A stretch of 31,941 bases of DNA from an uncultured Candidatus Izemoplasmatales bacterium (lineage in GTDB: Bacteria > Bacillota_I > Bacilli_A > Izemoplasmatales > Hujiaoplasmataceae). Location of the stretch: NCBI GenBank assembly GCA_964367605.1, contig CAYIYY010000001.1:1-31941 (forward strand). Direction: 5' to 3'. Made by a program: the position numbers and the translations under genes. This document shows, piece by piece, positions 1 to 9,426 of this stretch (position 1 is its first letter; each line of letters begins with the position of its first letter). The notes below the pieces were generated by a model. It did not search any database. It was not told the DNA's origin and worked only from the letters and a program-made list of their open reading frames with translations.

Positions 1-53
1 CCGATCGCATGCTTACCAAACTCGAACCATCCTGTCGAATCCAGAACAGCCCC
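1..53 (-). ncRNA. ssrA: tmRNA 5' end (truncated by window edge)
   Basis: Minus strand from 53 reads GGGGCTGTTCTGGATTCGACAGG, the typical tmRNA 5' tRNA-like sequence (GGGGC...GGATTCGAC). It lies 30 nt downstream of smpB. Confidence 0.9.
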
Positions 54-83
54 ATATGAAACTCAAAATAATTTTGAGTTTTG

Positions 84-536
84 TTACTTTTTATTATACT
101 CCTTCATCACTTTTTGAACGTGACGTTTTTGATCATCTGCTTTTGCAGTTTCACGCTTATCGTATTGCTTTTTACCTTTACATAATGCCACTTCAATTTT
201 ACATAATGCTTCTTTTAAATACACTTTGGTTGGGATTAAAGTCATCCCTTCTTGTTTTAGTTTCAACGAGAGTTTTATAATTTCACGCTTTTCCATCAAG
301 AGTTTTCTTTCTCTTGTCTCTTCATGATTGAAAAGATTACCAAAAGCGTATTTCGTGACATTCATATTCAAGATGTATAATTCGTAATTCTTAATCCGGC
401 AATACGAGTCACTAATTGAAACTTTTCCAAGTCTTATCGATTTAATTTCAGTACCTGTTAAGACGATACCGCATTCAAAGGAGTCTAAAATGAAGTAATC
501 ATGAGATACTTTTTTGTTATTCGCAATAATCTTCAT
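84..536 (-). CDS. smpB: SsrA-binding protein SmpB
   Basis: 150 aa with IANNKK..HDYFI, ECGIVLTGTEIKSIR, RKLL, TLIP and KGKKQYDKRE motifs. Adjacent to tmRNA. Confidence 0.97.
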   Translation of the reverse strand: MKIIANNKKVSHDYFILDSFECGIVLTGTEIKSIRLGKVSISDSYCRIKNYELYILNMNVTKYAFGNLFNHEETRERKLLMEKREIIKLSLKLKQEGMTLIPTKVYLKEALCKIEVALCKGKKQYDKRETAKADDQKRHVQKVMKEYNKK

Positions 537-550
537 TTTAACCGTCCTTT

Positions 551-2644
551 CTATTCAACTAACTCAAAATCTACCTGTCCTTTTAAAGGATTAACACCTA
601 GGAGTTTTGCTTTAACAACCATCCCGATGGTATATTCTTTCCTTGAAGCGATGCCTAAATACGTCATTTTTTCTTCAATGAATTCCATCGCTTCTTTAAA
701 ACTCGAAATATGAACTAATCCTTCAACCGTATTCGGTAATTCGATGAACATGCCAAATCTTGTTAAGGTCGAAATAACGCCTTCAAAGATTTCTCCTTCT
801 TTACCCATCATGAATTCTGCTTTTTTCATATCTAAGACTTCACGTTCGGCAATCATCGCTTTACGTTCAGTTTTAGAGGTTTCAGAAGCAATATCAGGCA
901 TAATAGAAGCCACATGATTTAAAGTTCTTTGATCTGTCTTTTTTTCAAATAAATACGTTCTAATTAGACGGTGAACCGTCGTATCAGGATAACGGCGTAT
1001 CGGGGAGGTAAAATGCGTGTAATCCTCAAAGGCAAGACCGTAATGCCCTAAATTATGTTCTGAATATTTCGCTTTCGCCATGGAGCGAAGCATCATCATG
1101 TTAATGACTTTTTCGAATTTTGTATCTTCAACTTTTAATAGTAACTCTTGAAGATGTTTTTGTGATAATACTTTCGGCATTTTAATCGGATAACCGATGC
1201 CTTTAGCGAACGTGAATAACCCTTCGATTTTTTCTTTATCAGGGGTCTCATGGATTCTATAGATAAAAGGTAATTCAACTCTGTCAAAATGTGCCGCTAT
1301 CGTTTGATTGGCGATTAACATGAACTCTTCGATAATACCTTCAGATACACCACGTTCTTTAATGGTGATATCTTTGACTTTACCATTTTCATCAAAAATA
1401 ATCTTGGGCTCAATGGTTTCAAAGTTAATAGAACCATTTTGACTTCTCAATTGATTTAAGATTTTTGAAAGTTCATTCATAAGACTAATCGATTCGACGA
1501 GCGGTTGATATGCTTGAATTAATGTAGCATCGGAATCTAAAATCTTATTGACCTTTTTATACGTCATTTGAGCAAACGAATGAATGACGGTTGGTAATAT
1601 TTGATAGTTTACAATGGTTCCTAATGGATTAATTTCCATTATACAAGAAATTGTCAGTCTGTCAACATTCGGATTAAGCGAACAAATGCCATTGGATAAT
1701 TCTCTTGGAAGCATCGGAATGACTCTATCCGCTAAATAGACGCTTGTACCGCGTTTGAGCGCTTCTTTGTCTAGTTCTGTTCCTTCTCTAACATAATAGC
1801 TCACATCGGCAATATGCACGCCTAGTTCATAGTTTTGATTTGGAAGTTTCTTGATTGAGATCGCATCATCAATATCTTTCGTATCATCGCCATCAATGGT
1901 GAAAATAATGTCTTGTCTTAAATCAATTCTGTTGTTCAAATCACTTTCTAAAACTGTCACTGGAAGTTTAGCAACTTCATCTTTCACAGTTTTAGGGAAG
2001 TCAATGACTAAATCATGAGAAGCAATGACTTCTAAGATTTCAATGCCAGGATCTGACGCATGCCCTAAAACTTCAATGATTTGACAGTCAAAGATTTTGT
2101 TGGGAGAATAGCGAACGATCTTCGCTTTGACAATCGAATGATCGATTAAACCTGTTCGGTTCTGAGGTTTCACTTTAAAGAGATAATCTTCATTCATGTT
2201 TTTTGGGAAGATGGCCCCTTGGAAGTACTCACCAACGATTTGTTCCAAAGACCGTTTCAAAACCCGGAGAATAACGCCTTCATAACGAACGCCATCGGAT
2301 CTTTTGGTAATCCTTGCCAAACAATAATCTTTATGAGAAGCATCGCCAATGGCACTTCTAGGAATAAAGACATCTGGCATTGGCGGTTCTGAATCACGCA
2401 TTAAGAAACCAAACCCTTGTTTTTTTAAATCTAAGGTTCCTTTGATAATTCCTAATTTTTCTGCGGTTTGATATTTATCTTTTTTATTTAAACCAATGAA
2501 CCCTTCATACTCTAACTCATTTAAGGTTTTTAAGTACTGAGTCCACAGTTTTGAGTCTTTGATTTTTAAAGCATTTCCTAGTTCTCTTGCATCAAGTGGC
2601 TGATAGTTGTCAGACTTGATGTAGTTCAATATTAAATCTTTCAT
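551..2644 (-). CDS. rnr: Ribonuclease R
   Basis: RNB motifs TIDGDDTKDIDDA, HIADVS and HFTSPIRRYPD, plus cold-shock domains and a C-terminal S1 domain. Sits in secG-rnr-smpB synteny. Confidence 0.96.
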   Translation of the reverse strand: MKDLILNYIKSDNYQPLDARELGNALKIKDSKLWTQYLKTLNELEYEGFIGLNKKDKYQTAEKLGIIKGTLDLKKQGFGFLMRDSEPPMPDVFIPRSAIGDASHKDYCLARITKRSDGVRYEGVILRVLKRSLEQIVGEYFQGAIFPKNMNEDYLFKVKPQNRTGLIDHSIVKAKIVRYSPNKIFDCQIIEVLGHASDPGIEILEVIASHDLVIDFPKTVKDEVAKLPVTVLESDLNNRIDLRQDIIFTIDGDDTKDIDDAISIKKLPNQNYELGVHIADVSYYVREGTELDKEALKRGTSVYLADRVIPMLPRELSNGICSLNPNVDRLTISCIMEINPLGTIVNYQILPTVIHSFAQMTYKKVNKILDSDATLIQAYQPLVESISLMNELSKILNQLRSQNGSINFETIEPKIIFDENGKVKDITIKERGVSEGIIEEFMLIANQTIAAHFDRVELPFIYRIHETPDKEKIEGLFTFAKGIGYPIKMPKVLSQKHLQELLLKVEDTKFEKVINMMMLRSMAKAKYSEHNLGHYGLAFEDYTHFTSPIRRYPDTTVHRLIRTYLFEKKTDQRTLNHVASIMPDIASETSKTERKAMIAEREVLDMKKAEFMMGKEGEIFEGVISTLTRFGMFIELPNTVEGLVHISSFKEAMEFIEEKMTYLGIASRKEYTIGMVVKAKLLGVNPLKGQVDFELVE

Positions 2645-2670
2645 ACTTTCAACCCCTTTTTAGAATTTGG

Positions 2671-2698
2671 AAAAAAAAAGAACACAGCGAAGTGTTCT
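2671..2698 (-). terminator. Intrinsic terminator between secG and rnr
   Basis: Minus strand AGAACAC-TTCGCT-GTGTTCT followed by 8 more T. It overlaps the secG stop. Confidence 0.65.
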
Positions 2699-2918
2699 AA
2701 AAGACTAAGGCTAATATCGTTACAACGGCAAAAACTACGCTCATACCCAACGTCATACGGTTCATGAATAATTCAGGACCACGTTGTTTTTGATTTTTGA
2801 ATAATTCTGATTTTTCACCCGAGAATGTATTCTTGACGTCATCTTTTGACTCTTGTAACATGACCAAAGCTATTAACAAAACGCTAACAATTAATAATAA
2901 CCAATCTAACCAACCCAT
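2697..2918 (-). CDS. secG: Preprotein translocase subunit SecG
   Basis: 73 aa with two hydrophobic helices, a 'LVMLQESK' motif, a G/F-containing loop and an AGGAGG SD. Upstream of rnr. Confidence 0.9.
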   Translation of the reverse strand: MGWLDWLLLIVSVLLIALVMLQESKDDVKNTFSGEKSELFKNQKQRGPELFMNRMTLGMSVVFAVVTILALVF

Positions 2919-2984
2919 AATGTTCCTCCTAAGTATCAGTCCCTTTTATCACCAATAAAAAGGCACCATGCTTCGCACTTATTA

Positions 2985-2993
2985 ATTATACCA
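2985..2993 (-). promoter_or_regulatory. Extended -10 promoter element for secG
   Basis: Minus strand TGGTATAAT directly after the eno terminator. Confidence 0.55.
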
Positions 2994-2994
2994 T

Positions 2995-3023
2995 AAAAAA
3001 AAGCTTTTGGAATACCCAAAAGC
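2995..3023 (-). terminator. Intrinsic terminator of eno
   Basis: 8-bp stem GCTTTTGG/CCAAAAGC with a 5-nt loop, followed by T8 on the minus strand. Confidence 0.75.
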
Positions 3024-3045
3024 ATCTTTTTTTAGTTGGTTTTAA

Positions 3046-4344
<1,299 letters not shown>

Positions 4345-4380
4345 TTAATCTCCTTTAAATTTTATTTTTTATAATAAGAA

Positions 4381-4848
4381 CTATGAGTAAGTTCGTTTGA
4401 CCCCTAAATAAGTACCAACCGCAATCATTAATATCGTTATTAAATAATTGAAGTTAAAGTTTAAAATCAAATTCAATGGATTATAGTAATAAAGCATCCA
4501 ATCAAAATAAATGCGGATATCAAAAATGATGGACGTAAATTCACTTGATTGGGCATAGATGAGCATAATCGGGAGCGCTTCAATGATGACCGCTGCGAGT
4601 AACAATCCTATTCCCGTCATCACAGTATAAACAATATGCGGTTTCTCATATTGCTTCCGAATCAAGGATCCGGTTAAAAAAGCGAGTAACCAAAACAATA
4701 AACTTCCTAATTGCGTTGACAAATACTTGATAAAAAGAAAATCGATTAATCCAAGTAACATCGCTCCGCCAATACTCAAAAGTAGAGTATAAAGGATGAC
4801 AAACGCTAAATCTTTGAGTTGAATATCTTTCAAGTCTTTAGAAATCAT
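4381..4848 (-). CDS. Uncharacterised membrane protein (about 4 TM)
   Basis: 155-aa ORF with about 4 hydrophobic segments. Its ATG overlaps the gpmI TGA stop (ATGA). Confidence 0.8.
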   Translation of the reverse strand: MISKDLKDIQLKDLAFVILYTLLLSIGGAMLLGLIDFLFIKYLSTQLGSLLFWLLAFLTGSLIRKQYEKPHIVYTVMTGIGLLLAAVIIEALPIMLIYAQSSEFTSIIFDIRIYFDWMLYYYNPLNLILNFNFNYLITILMIAVGTYLGVKRTYS

Positions 4849-6362
4849 GAATGGATAATCAATGATTGACCCGTCATTTCAGCGGGTTGGGCTAGATTCA
4901 TTAATTCAAGAATCGTTGGAGCGATATCGCCTAAGTTCCCAGAATCTCTTAATTTCAAAGATTTATTTGTGATAATTAAAGGCACTAAATTCGTTGTATG
5001 AGCGGTAAATGGTTCATTGTTTTCATCGAGCATTTTTTCGCAGTTGCCATGGTCAGCTGTCACAATCGCAACGCCTCCAAGTTCTAATACTTTATCAACC
5101 ACGCGTCCAACGCATTCATCAACGGTTTCAACGGCTTTAATAGCCGCAGGAATGACGCCCGTATGACCGACCATATCGCCATTAGCGAAATTCAAAATCA
5201 CTAAATCTAAATCGCGTTTATCAAGTTCTTCGATAACAGCGTCAGTAATCTTGTAAGCACTCATTTCCGGTTGTAAATCATAAGTCGCAACTTTCGGAGA
5301 AGGGATTAACACACGACGAGCGTTTTTAATCTCTTTATCCATGCCACCATCGAAAAAGAACGTTACATGTGCATATTTCTCAGTTTCTGCAATTCTTAAT
5401 TGATTGAGTCCTAAATCAGAAATATAATCACCGAGCATATTGGTTAATTCATTGAGTTCAAATGCTAAAGGACCTTTGACAGAATCAGCGTATTTCATCA
5501 TCGATACAAAGAAGATGTTTTCAGGACCATTAGTCGTATCGACTTTGGAGGCATCAGGATTGGAATAAGCCGTACCGATTTGAATTGCTCTATCCGGACG
5601 GAAGTTCGCAAATATAATGGCATCATTCGTTTGAATAAGGCCTTCCATATCGACGACAAACGGAATGACAAATTCATCGTTAACGCCCGCTTCATAAGAT
5701 GCTAATACGCCTTCACTTGCGGATTTCTTATGTTCGCCGCGTCCAAAGCTCATGACGTCATAAGCCAGTTGAGTACGATTGAAGTTTTTATCTCTATCCA
5801 TGGCATAATAACGGCCGTGAACAGTGGCGATTTTACCATAATGTGTCGCTTGCATATACGCTTCTAATTCTTTTATAAAATCAATGCCAGACTTCGGTGG
5901 AACGTCTCTACCATCTAAAAAAGCATGCATAAATGATTTTTCAATGCCATGAGCTTTTGCTAAATCAAATAAAGCTTTGATATGTTCCATATGGGAATGC
6001 ACGCCACCATCAGATAACAACCCAAAAATATGAAGTTTAGAGTTGTGTTTTTTAACATGATTAAACGCTTGAATAAATGCAGGATTTTGTTTGAATGATC
6101 CATCTTTTATAGCGACATTAACTCGCGTTAAAGATTGATATACAACCCGTCCTGCGCCTAAATTCAAATGGCCGACTTCACTATTACCCATTTGACCTTC
6201 AGGCAAACCAACAGCTTCACCAGAAGCTTCAATTAATGTGTTGGGAAATTCTTGAAACAATAAATTAAGATGCGGTTTTTTTGCTAATTCATAAGCATTA
6301 CCCGGATTAGGATTGGCTTTTGCCATTCCGTCCATAATAATTAAAACTGTGGGTTTTTTCAT
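4845..6362 (-). CDS. gpmI: 2,3-bisphosphoglycerate-independent phosphoglycerate mutase
   Basis: IMDG, MGNSEVGH (catalytic Ser), SDGGVHSH, GRYYAMDRD, AETEKYAHVT and TADHGN motifs. Confidence 0.98.
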   Translation of the reverse strand: MKKPTVLIIMDGMAKANPNPGNAYELAKKPHLNLLFQEFPNTLIEASGEAVGLPEGQMGNSEVGHLNLGAGRVVYQSLTRVNVAIKDGSFKQNPAFIQAFNHVKKHNSKLHIFGLLSDGGVHSHMEHIKALFDLAKAHGIEKSFMHAFLDGRDVPPKSGIDFIKELEAYMQATHYGKIATVHGRYYAMDRDKNFNRTQLAYDVMSFGRGEHKKSASEGVLASYEAGVNDEFVIPFVVDMEGLIQTNDAIIFANFRPDRAIQIGTAYSNPDASKVDTTNGPENIFFVSMMKYADSVKGPLAFELNELTNMLGDYISDLGLNQLRIAETEKYAHVTFFFDGGMDKEIKNARRVLIPSPKVATYDLQPEMSAYKITDAVIEELDKRDLDLVILNFANGDMVGHTGVIPAAIKAVETVDECVGRVVDKVLELGGVAIVTADHGNCEKMLDENNEPFTAHTTNLVPLIITNKSLKLRDSGNLGDIAPTILELMNLAQPAEMTGQSLIIHS

Positions 6363-6383
6363 GATTTCACCTCTACCGATAGT

Positions 6384-6412
6384 ATTATACTATAAATAGT
6401 CGATTTTATAAA
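6384..6412 (-). promoter_or_regulatory. Sigma-A type promoter for gpmI
   Basis: TTTATA (6412-6407), a 17-nt spacer, then TATAAT (6389-6384). SD GAGGTG follows. Confidence 0.55.
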
Positions 6413-6427
6413 GTATATTGAATCCAT

Positions 6428-6441
6428 TGTAAGCATTTACA
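6428..6441. promoter_or_regulatory. cre-like (LacI/CcpA-family type) palindromic site
   Basis: TGTAAGCATTTACA has TGTAA/TTACA arms and differs at 2 positions from the symmetric cre TGTAAGCGCTTACA. Confidence 0.5.
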
Positions 6442-6476
6442 CATTGCAAATAACTGGTTCTTTGTCTCGGTTTATT

Positions 6477-6485
6477 TGATATAAT
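6477..6485 (+). promoter_or_regulatory. Extended -10 element for the maltosyltransferase gene
   Basis: TGATATAAT followed by SD GAGGTG at 6492-6497. Confidence 0.55.
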
Positions 6486-6501
6486 ATTCACGAGGTGAAT
6501 C

Positions 6502-8580
6502 GTGATGCAAAGCAAATTATTAAAGCTTCAATCGATATTAGAAAAAAAGATATCAAAAGGGTCCATTAACTATGTTGTTCCAGATATTTGGAATGCTTGG
6601 GATTATGATGGGAATGAACTAAGAAAAATGCCTTCAGGCGAATTATTAGTCAATCCTTACCGTTTCTATAGTTCAGTTATAAGACAGTATATTTTACCGA
6701 AATCAAACCCCAAAAATGATTATTCAAAATCATTATCGAAAATCGAAAAAAAGAAACACACTAAAGATTATTTCGGTGGTGATTGGGTCAGAAGTTCCGT
6801 GATGTATTCCACAATGATTCGCACCAGTGCAGCATGGGATCATGACCGTTCATTTTCACTCGATTTATCCAACTTCGACGACATAAAAGAAACAGGTACT
6901 TTCGTTAAAATGCTTGCGCTTCTCCCTTTCTTAAAAAAGATGGGTGTCGATACCGTCTACATGCTTCCGATTTCTCGTTTTTCATTGAAAGACAAAAAAG
7001 GTGAATTAGGAAGTCCTTATGGGGTTGCTAGTTTCTTTGAATTAGACCCTAGTTTGAAAGAAACAATGATTGGCGATACCATGACAGTTGAAGAGGAATT
7101 TAAAGCCTTTGTAGAAGCGTGTCATATGCTATCAATGCGGGTCATCATTGATATCATTCCTAGAACAAATGCCGTTGAAAATGATTTGATTAAGCTTCAT
7201 CCGGATTGGTTCTACTGGATAAAAGCCAGTGAATTTAAGAATTATAAAGTTCCCTTTGTCGATGGAATAGAATCGACAATTGCTCCTTTACCAAAATATA
7301 TGCCACAAGTCTATGCTTCAGAAGATGTATTAAGACACATAAAAATGTTTCAACTGGATCCAAAACAACAAAACGAGACCTTATGGAATCAACTCGTTAG
7401 TGAGAATCCAAAGGATTTTGTCGATGAAATCGAAAAACGCTTTGGATTAAAAATCGCTCCTGCTTTTTCTGATCATATCAACGATATTCAACCACCTTGG
7501 ACCGATGTTACTTTCTTTAGAATGTATATGGATCATCCGATTGAAAATGTGGGTTATTTAAAAAATAAAAAGACTCCCCCTTATATTTTGTTTGATACGA
7601 TTAAATCTAATATGTATCCAGGTAAAATTCCTAACATGGAATTATGGAATACGTTGGCGAGCATTATTCCTTATTATCAAAATGAATTTGGCATAGATGG
7701 CGCAAGAATTGATATGGGTCATGCATTGCCCACTGAACTATTAAAGATGATTATTGATAATGCCAAAGCCGTTGATCATGATTTTGCGTTTATCGCTGAA
7801 GAAATGAACACCGATAACGCTTTGAAAGCCAAATCAAATGGCTATAATATTATCATTGGTAATGGTTTTTGGATGGAACCTAGAATTTGGGAAAAGAAAC
7901 TTCATACTTTCGTCTATGGTGCTAAAGAAATTGCATTACCGATGTTTGCCTGTGCAGAAACGCATGATACAGCTCGTGTAGCGGGTCGTGATGGCGGACA
8001 AGTACTCGCAAGAATGTTAACGACATTGAATATGTTTTTACCTAATTTGGTTCCATTTATCAACTCTGGACAAGAAGTTTATGAAACCCAACCGATGAAT
8101 ACGGGGGTTGATTGTACTGAAAAAGATAAATTCAATTTACCGAAAGATGATTTATTTTATGGAAAATTAGCATTATTTGATAAGTATGCTTTTCATTATA
8201 TGTCCCCTAAACGTTGGGAACTAGCAGATCATCTCGATGGCATAAAAGTCATTCGTAAAGAATGGTTGGAACAACTCACTAATCTTGATTATTTTGTGCC
8301 TTTATACATGAATGAATTTGATACACCAGCGATTGGTCTGGGCTATTTTAATCCCAGTACCAAAAAATGCTTAATGGTCTTTGCGAATACTAATGTGTAT
8401 GGCAATCTTAACTGCACAGCTTCCATTCAAATTTTAAGGGAACAAGTTGACAATCGTTCATTCAAAGGTCAATTGCGTTATTCAACTTATGAAATGCCAA
8501 GAGAATTCCATCAATTTAATCCAGATGGATCGATTCAACTCCAAATGGGACCTGGCGAAGTTAGAATTATTGAAATCTAA
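6502..8580 (+). CDS. GH13 alpha-amylase family protein, Thermotoga maltosyltransferase (maltodextrin glycosyltransferase)-like
   Basis: Motifs GTFVKMLALLPFLK, EEEFKAFVEACH, DIIPRT, HPDWFYWIK, DGARIDMGHALP (nucleophile), AEE (acid/base), ETHDTAR and QPMN match my recollection of the T. maritima maltosyltransferase. No signal peptide. Start is GTG 6502 or ATG 6505. Confidence 0.8.
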   Translation: MMQSKLLKLQSILEKKISKGSINYVVPDIWNAWDYDGNELRKMPSGELLVNPYRFYSSVIRQYILPKSNPKNDYSKSLSKIEKKKHTKDYFGGDWVRSSVMYSTMIRTSAAWDHDRSFSLDLSNFDDIKETGTFVKMLALLPFLKKMGVDTVYMLPISRFSLKDKKGELGSPYGVASFFELDPSLKETMIGDTMTVEEEFKAFVEACHMLSMRVIIDIIPRTNAVENDLIKLHPDWFYWIKASEFKNYKVPFVDGIESTIAPLPKYMPQVYASEDVLRHIKMFQLDPKQQNETLWNQLVSENPKDFVDEIEKRFGLKIAPAFSDHINDIQPPWTDVTFFRMYMDHPIENVGYLKNKKTPPYILFDTIKSNMYPGKIPNMELWNTLASIIPYYQNEFGIDGARIDMGHALPTELLKMIIDNAKAVDHDFAFIAEEMNTDNALKAKSNGYNIIIGNGFWMEPRIWEKKLHTFVYGAKEIALPMFACAETHDTARVAGRDGGQVLARMLTTLNMFLPNLVPFINSGQEVYETQPMNTGVDCTEKDKFNLPKDDLFYGKLALFDKYAFHYMSPKRWELADHLDGIKVIRKEWLEQLTNLDYFVPLYMNEFDTPAIGLGYFNPSTKKCLMVFANTNVYGNLNCTASIQILREQVDNRSFKGQLRYSTYEMPREFHQFNPDGSIQLQMGPGEVRIIEI

Positions 8581-8615
8581 AAAAGAAAGAATCAGCGAAA
8601 TCGCTGATTCTTTTT
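8581..8615. terminator. Bidirectional intrinsic terminator (maltosyltransferase / folT)
   Basis: 13-bp inverted repeat AAAGAATCAGCGA/TCGCTGATTCTTT with A and T tracts on either side, between convergent genes. Confidence 0.8.
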
Positions 8616-9423
8616 AGTTATGTGATTGAGTTTCAATTTCATCAAACTCTCGATGTTCGATTAACCGTTTTAATAAAGAAAGTATCGGTGTTAACAATAA
8701 GACATATGCCATCACTTCAATGGGCATCTTTACAATTCTTAAAGGTAATATCACTAGGACATAAGCGCTTAACTCAGCGAGATTGATTTGGAAAAACGAT
8801 AAATGATTGATGAGCATATAGAGCCATATAGGAGTTAATATGAGTGAAACAACCATATATAAAAATAGAATGACAAACAGTATTTTAAAAGGACTAAAGT
8901 CTGATTTTTTAAGTTTAATAACCCAAACATTAAAAATGATTAAGACCAAAGCGGCCGCAAGTGAAACAGACATCAAAATATATTTTTCAGCGATATCAAG
9001 AGAAGATGAAATCACTAAATCAGGATTAAATAAATAAAGTGTAATCAATAAGACAAATAAAGCAACCAACCCAAAATTAAAGTATTGGAATAACTTGTTT
9101 TGAGTGATTTGGTGACGTTTAAAAAATAAACCCGGAATAAGTCCGTATAATAGCGCGTTGATAGTAAACCCTAAATGAAATATTTGACCATTCGCAGCCC
9201 CAATCATAAAAAAACCGATTAGGTCTTGTGAAAGTGCAGCTAAAACACCATAAGCAGGGCCATAAAGAATTGAAATCATAATAATTGGCAAATATCCAAT
9301 ACCAAACTTGATAATGGGTGATGATGCATTGGGAAGTGCAATCGAAACAATTTGTGATAAAACGATACCTAACGCAACCATCAGTCCCGTAAAAACGATG
9401 GCTTGAACCGGTTTTTTATTCAT
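8614..9423 (-). CDS. Folate-family ECF transporter S component (FolT-like), extended
   Basis: GLMVALGIVL, YLPIIMISILYGP, DLIG, GFTINALLYGLIPG and 'LRIVK..I' motifs. At 269 aa it has about 2 extra TM segments. Substrate is inferred from family resemblance only. Confidence 0.75.
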   Translation of the reverse strand: MNKKPVQAIVFTGLMVALGIVLSQIVSIALPNASSPIIKFGIGYLPIIMISILYGPAYGVLAALSQDLIGFFMIGAANGQIFHLGFTINALLYGLIPGLFFKRHQITQNKLFQYFNFGLVALFVLLITLYLFNPDLVISSSLDIAEKYILMSVSLAAALVLIIFNVWVIKLKKSDFSPFKILFVILFLYMVVSLILTPIWLYMLINHLSFFQINLAELSAYVLVILPLRIVKMPIEVMAYVLLLTPILSLLKRLIEHREFDEIETQSHN

Positions 9424-9426
9424 AAT

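Noticed and set aside
551-700. RNase R ends at the S1 domain without a basic C-terminal tail
   Set aside because: Shortened RNase R C-termini are common in reduced low-GC genomes, so this is not distinctive.
2671-3002. Poly-A runs (A9 at 2671-2679, A8 at 2995-3002) as phase-variation tracts
   Set aside because: They are explained as the U tracts of intrinsic terminators.
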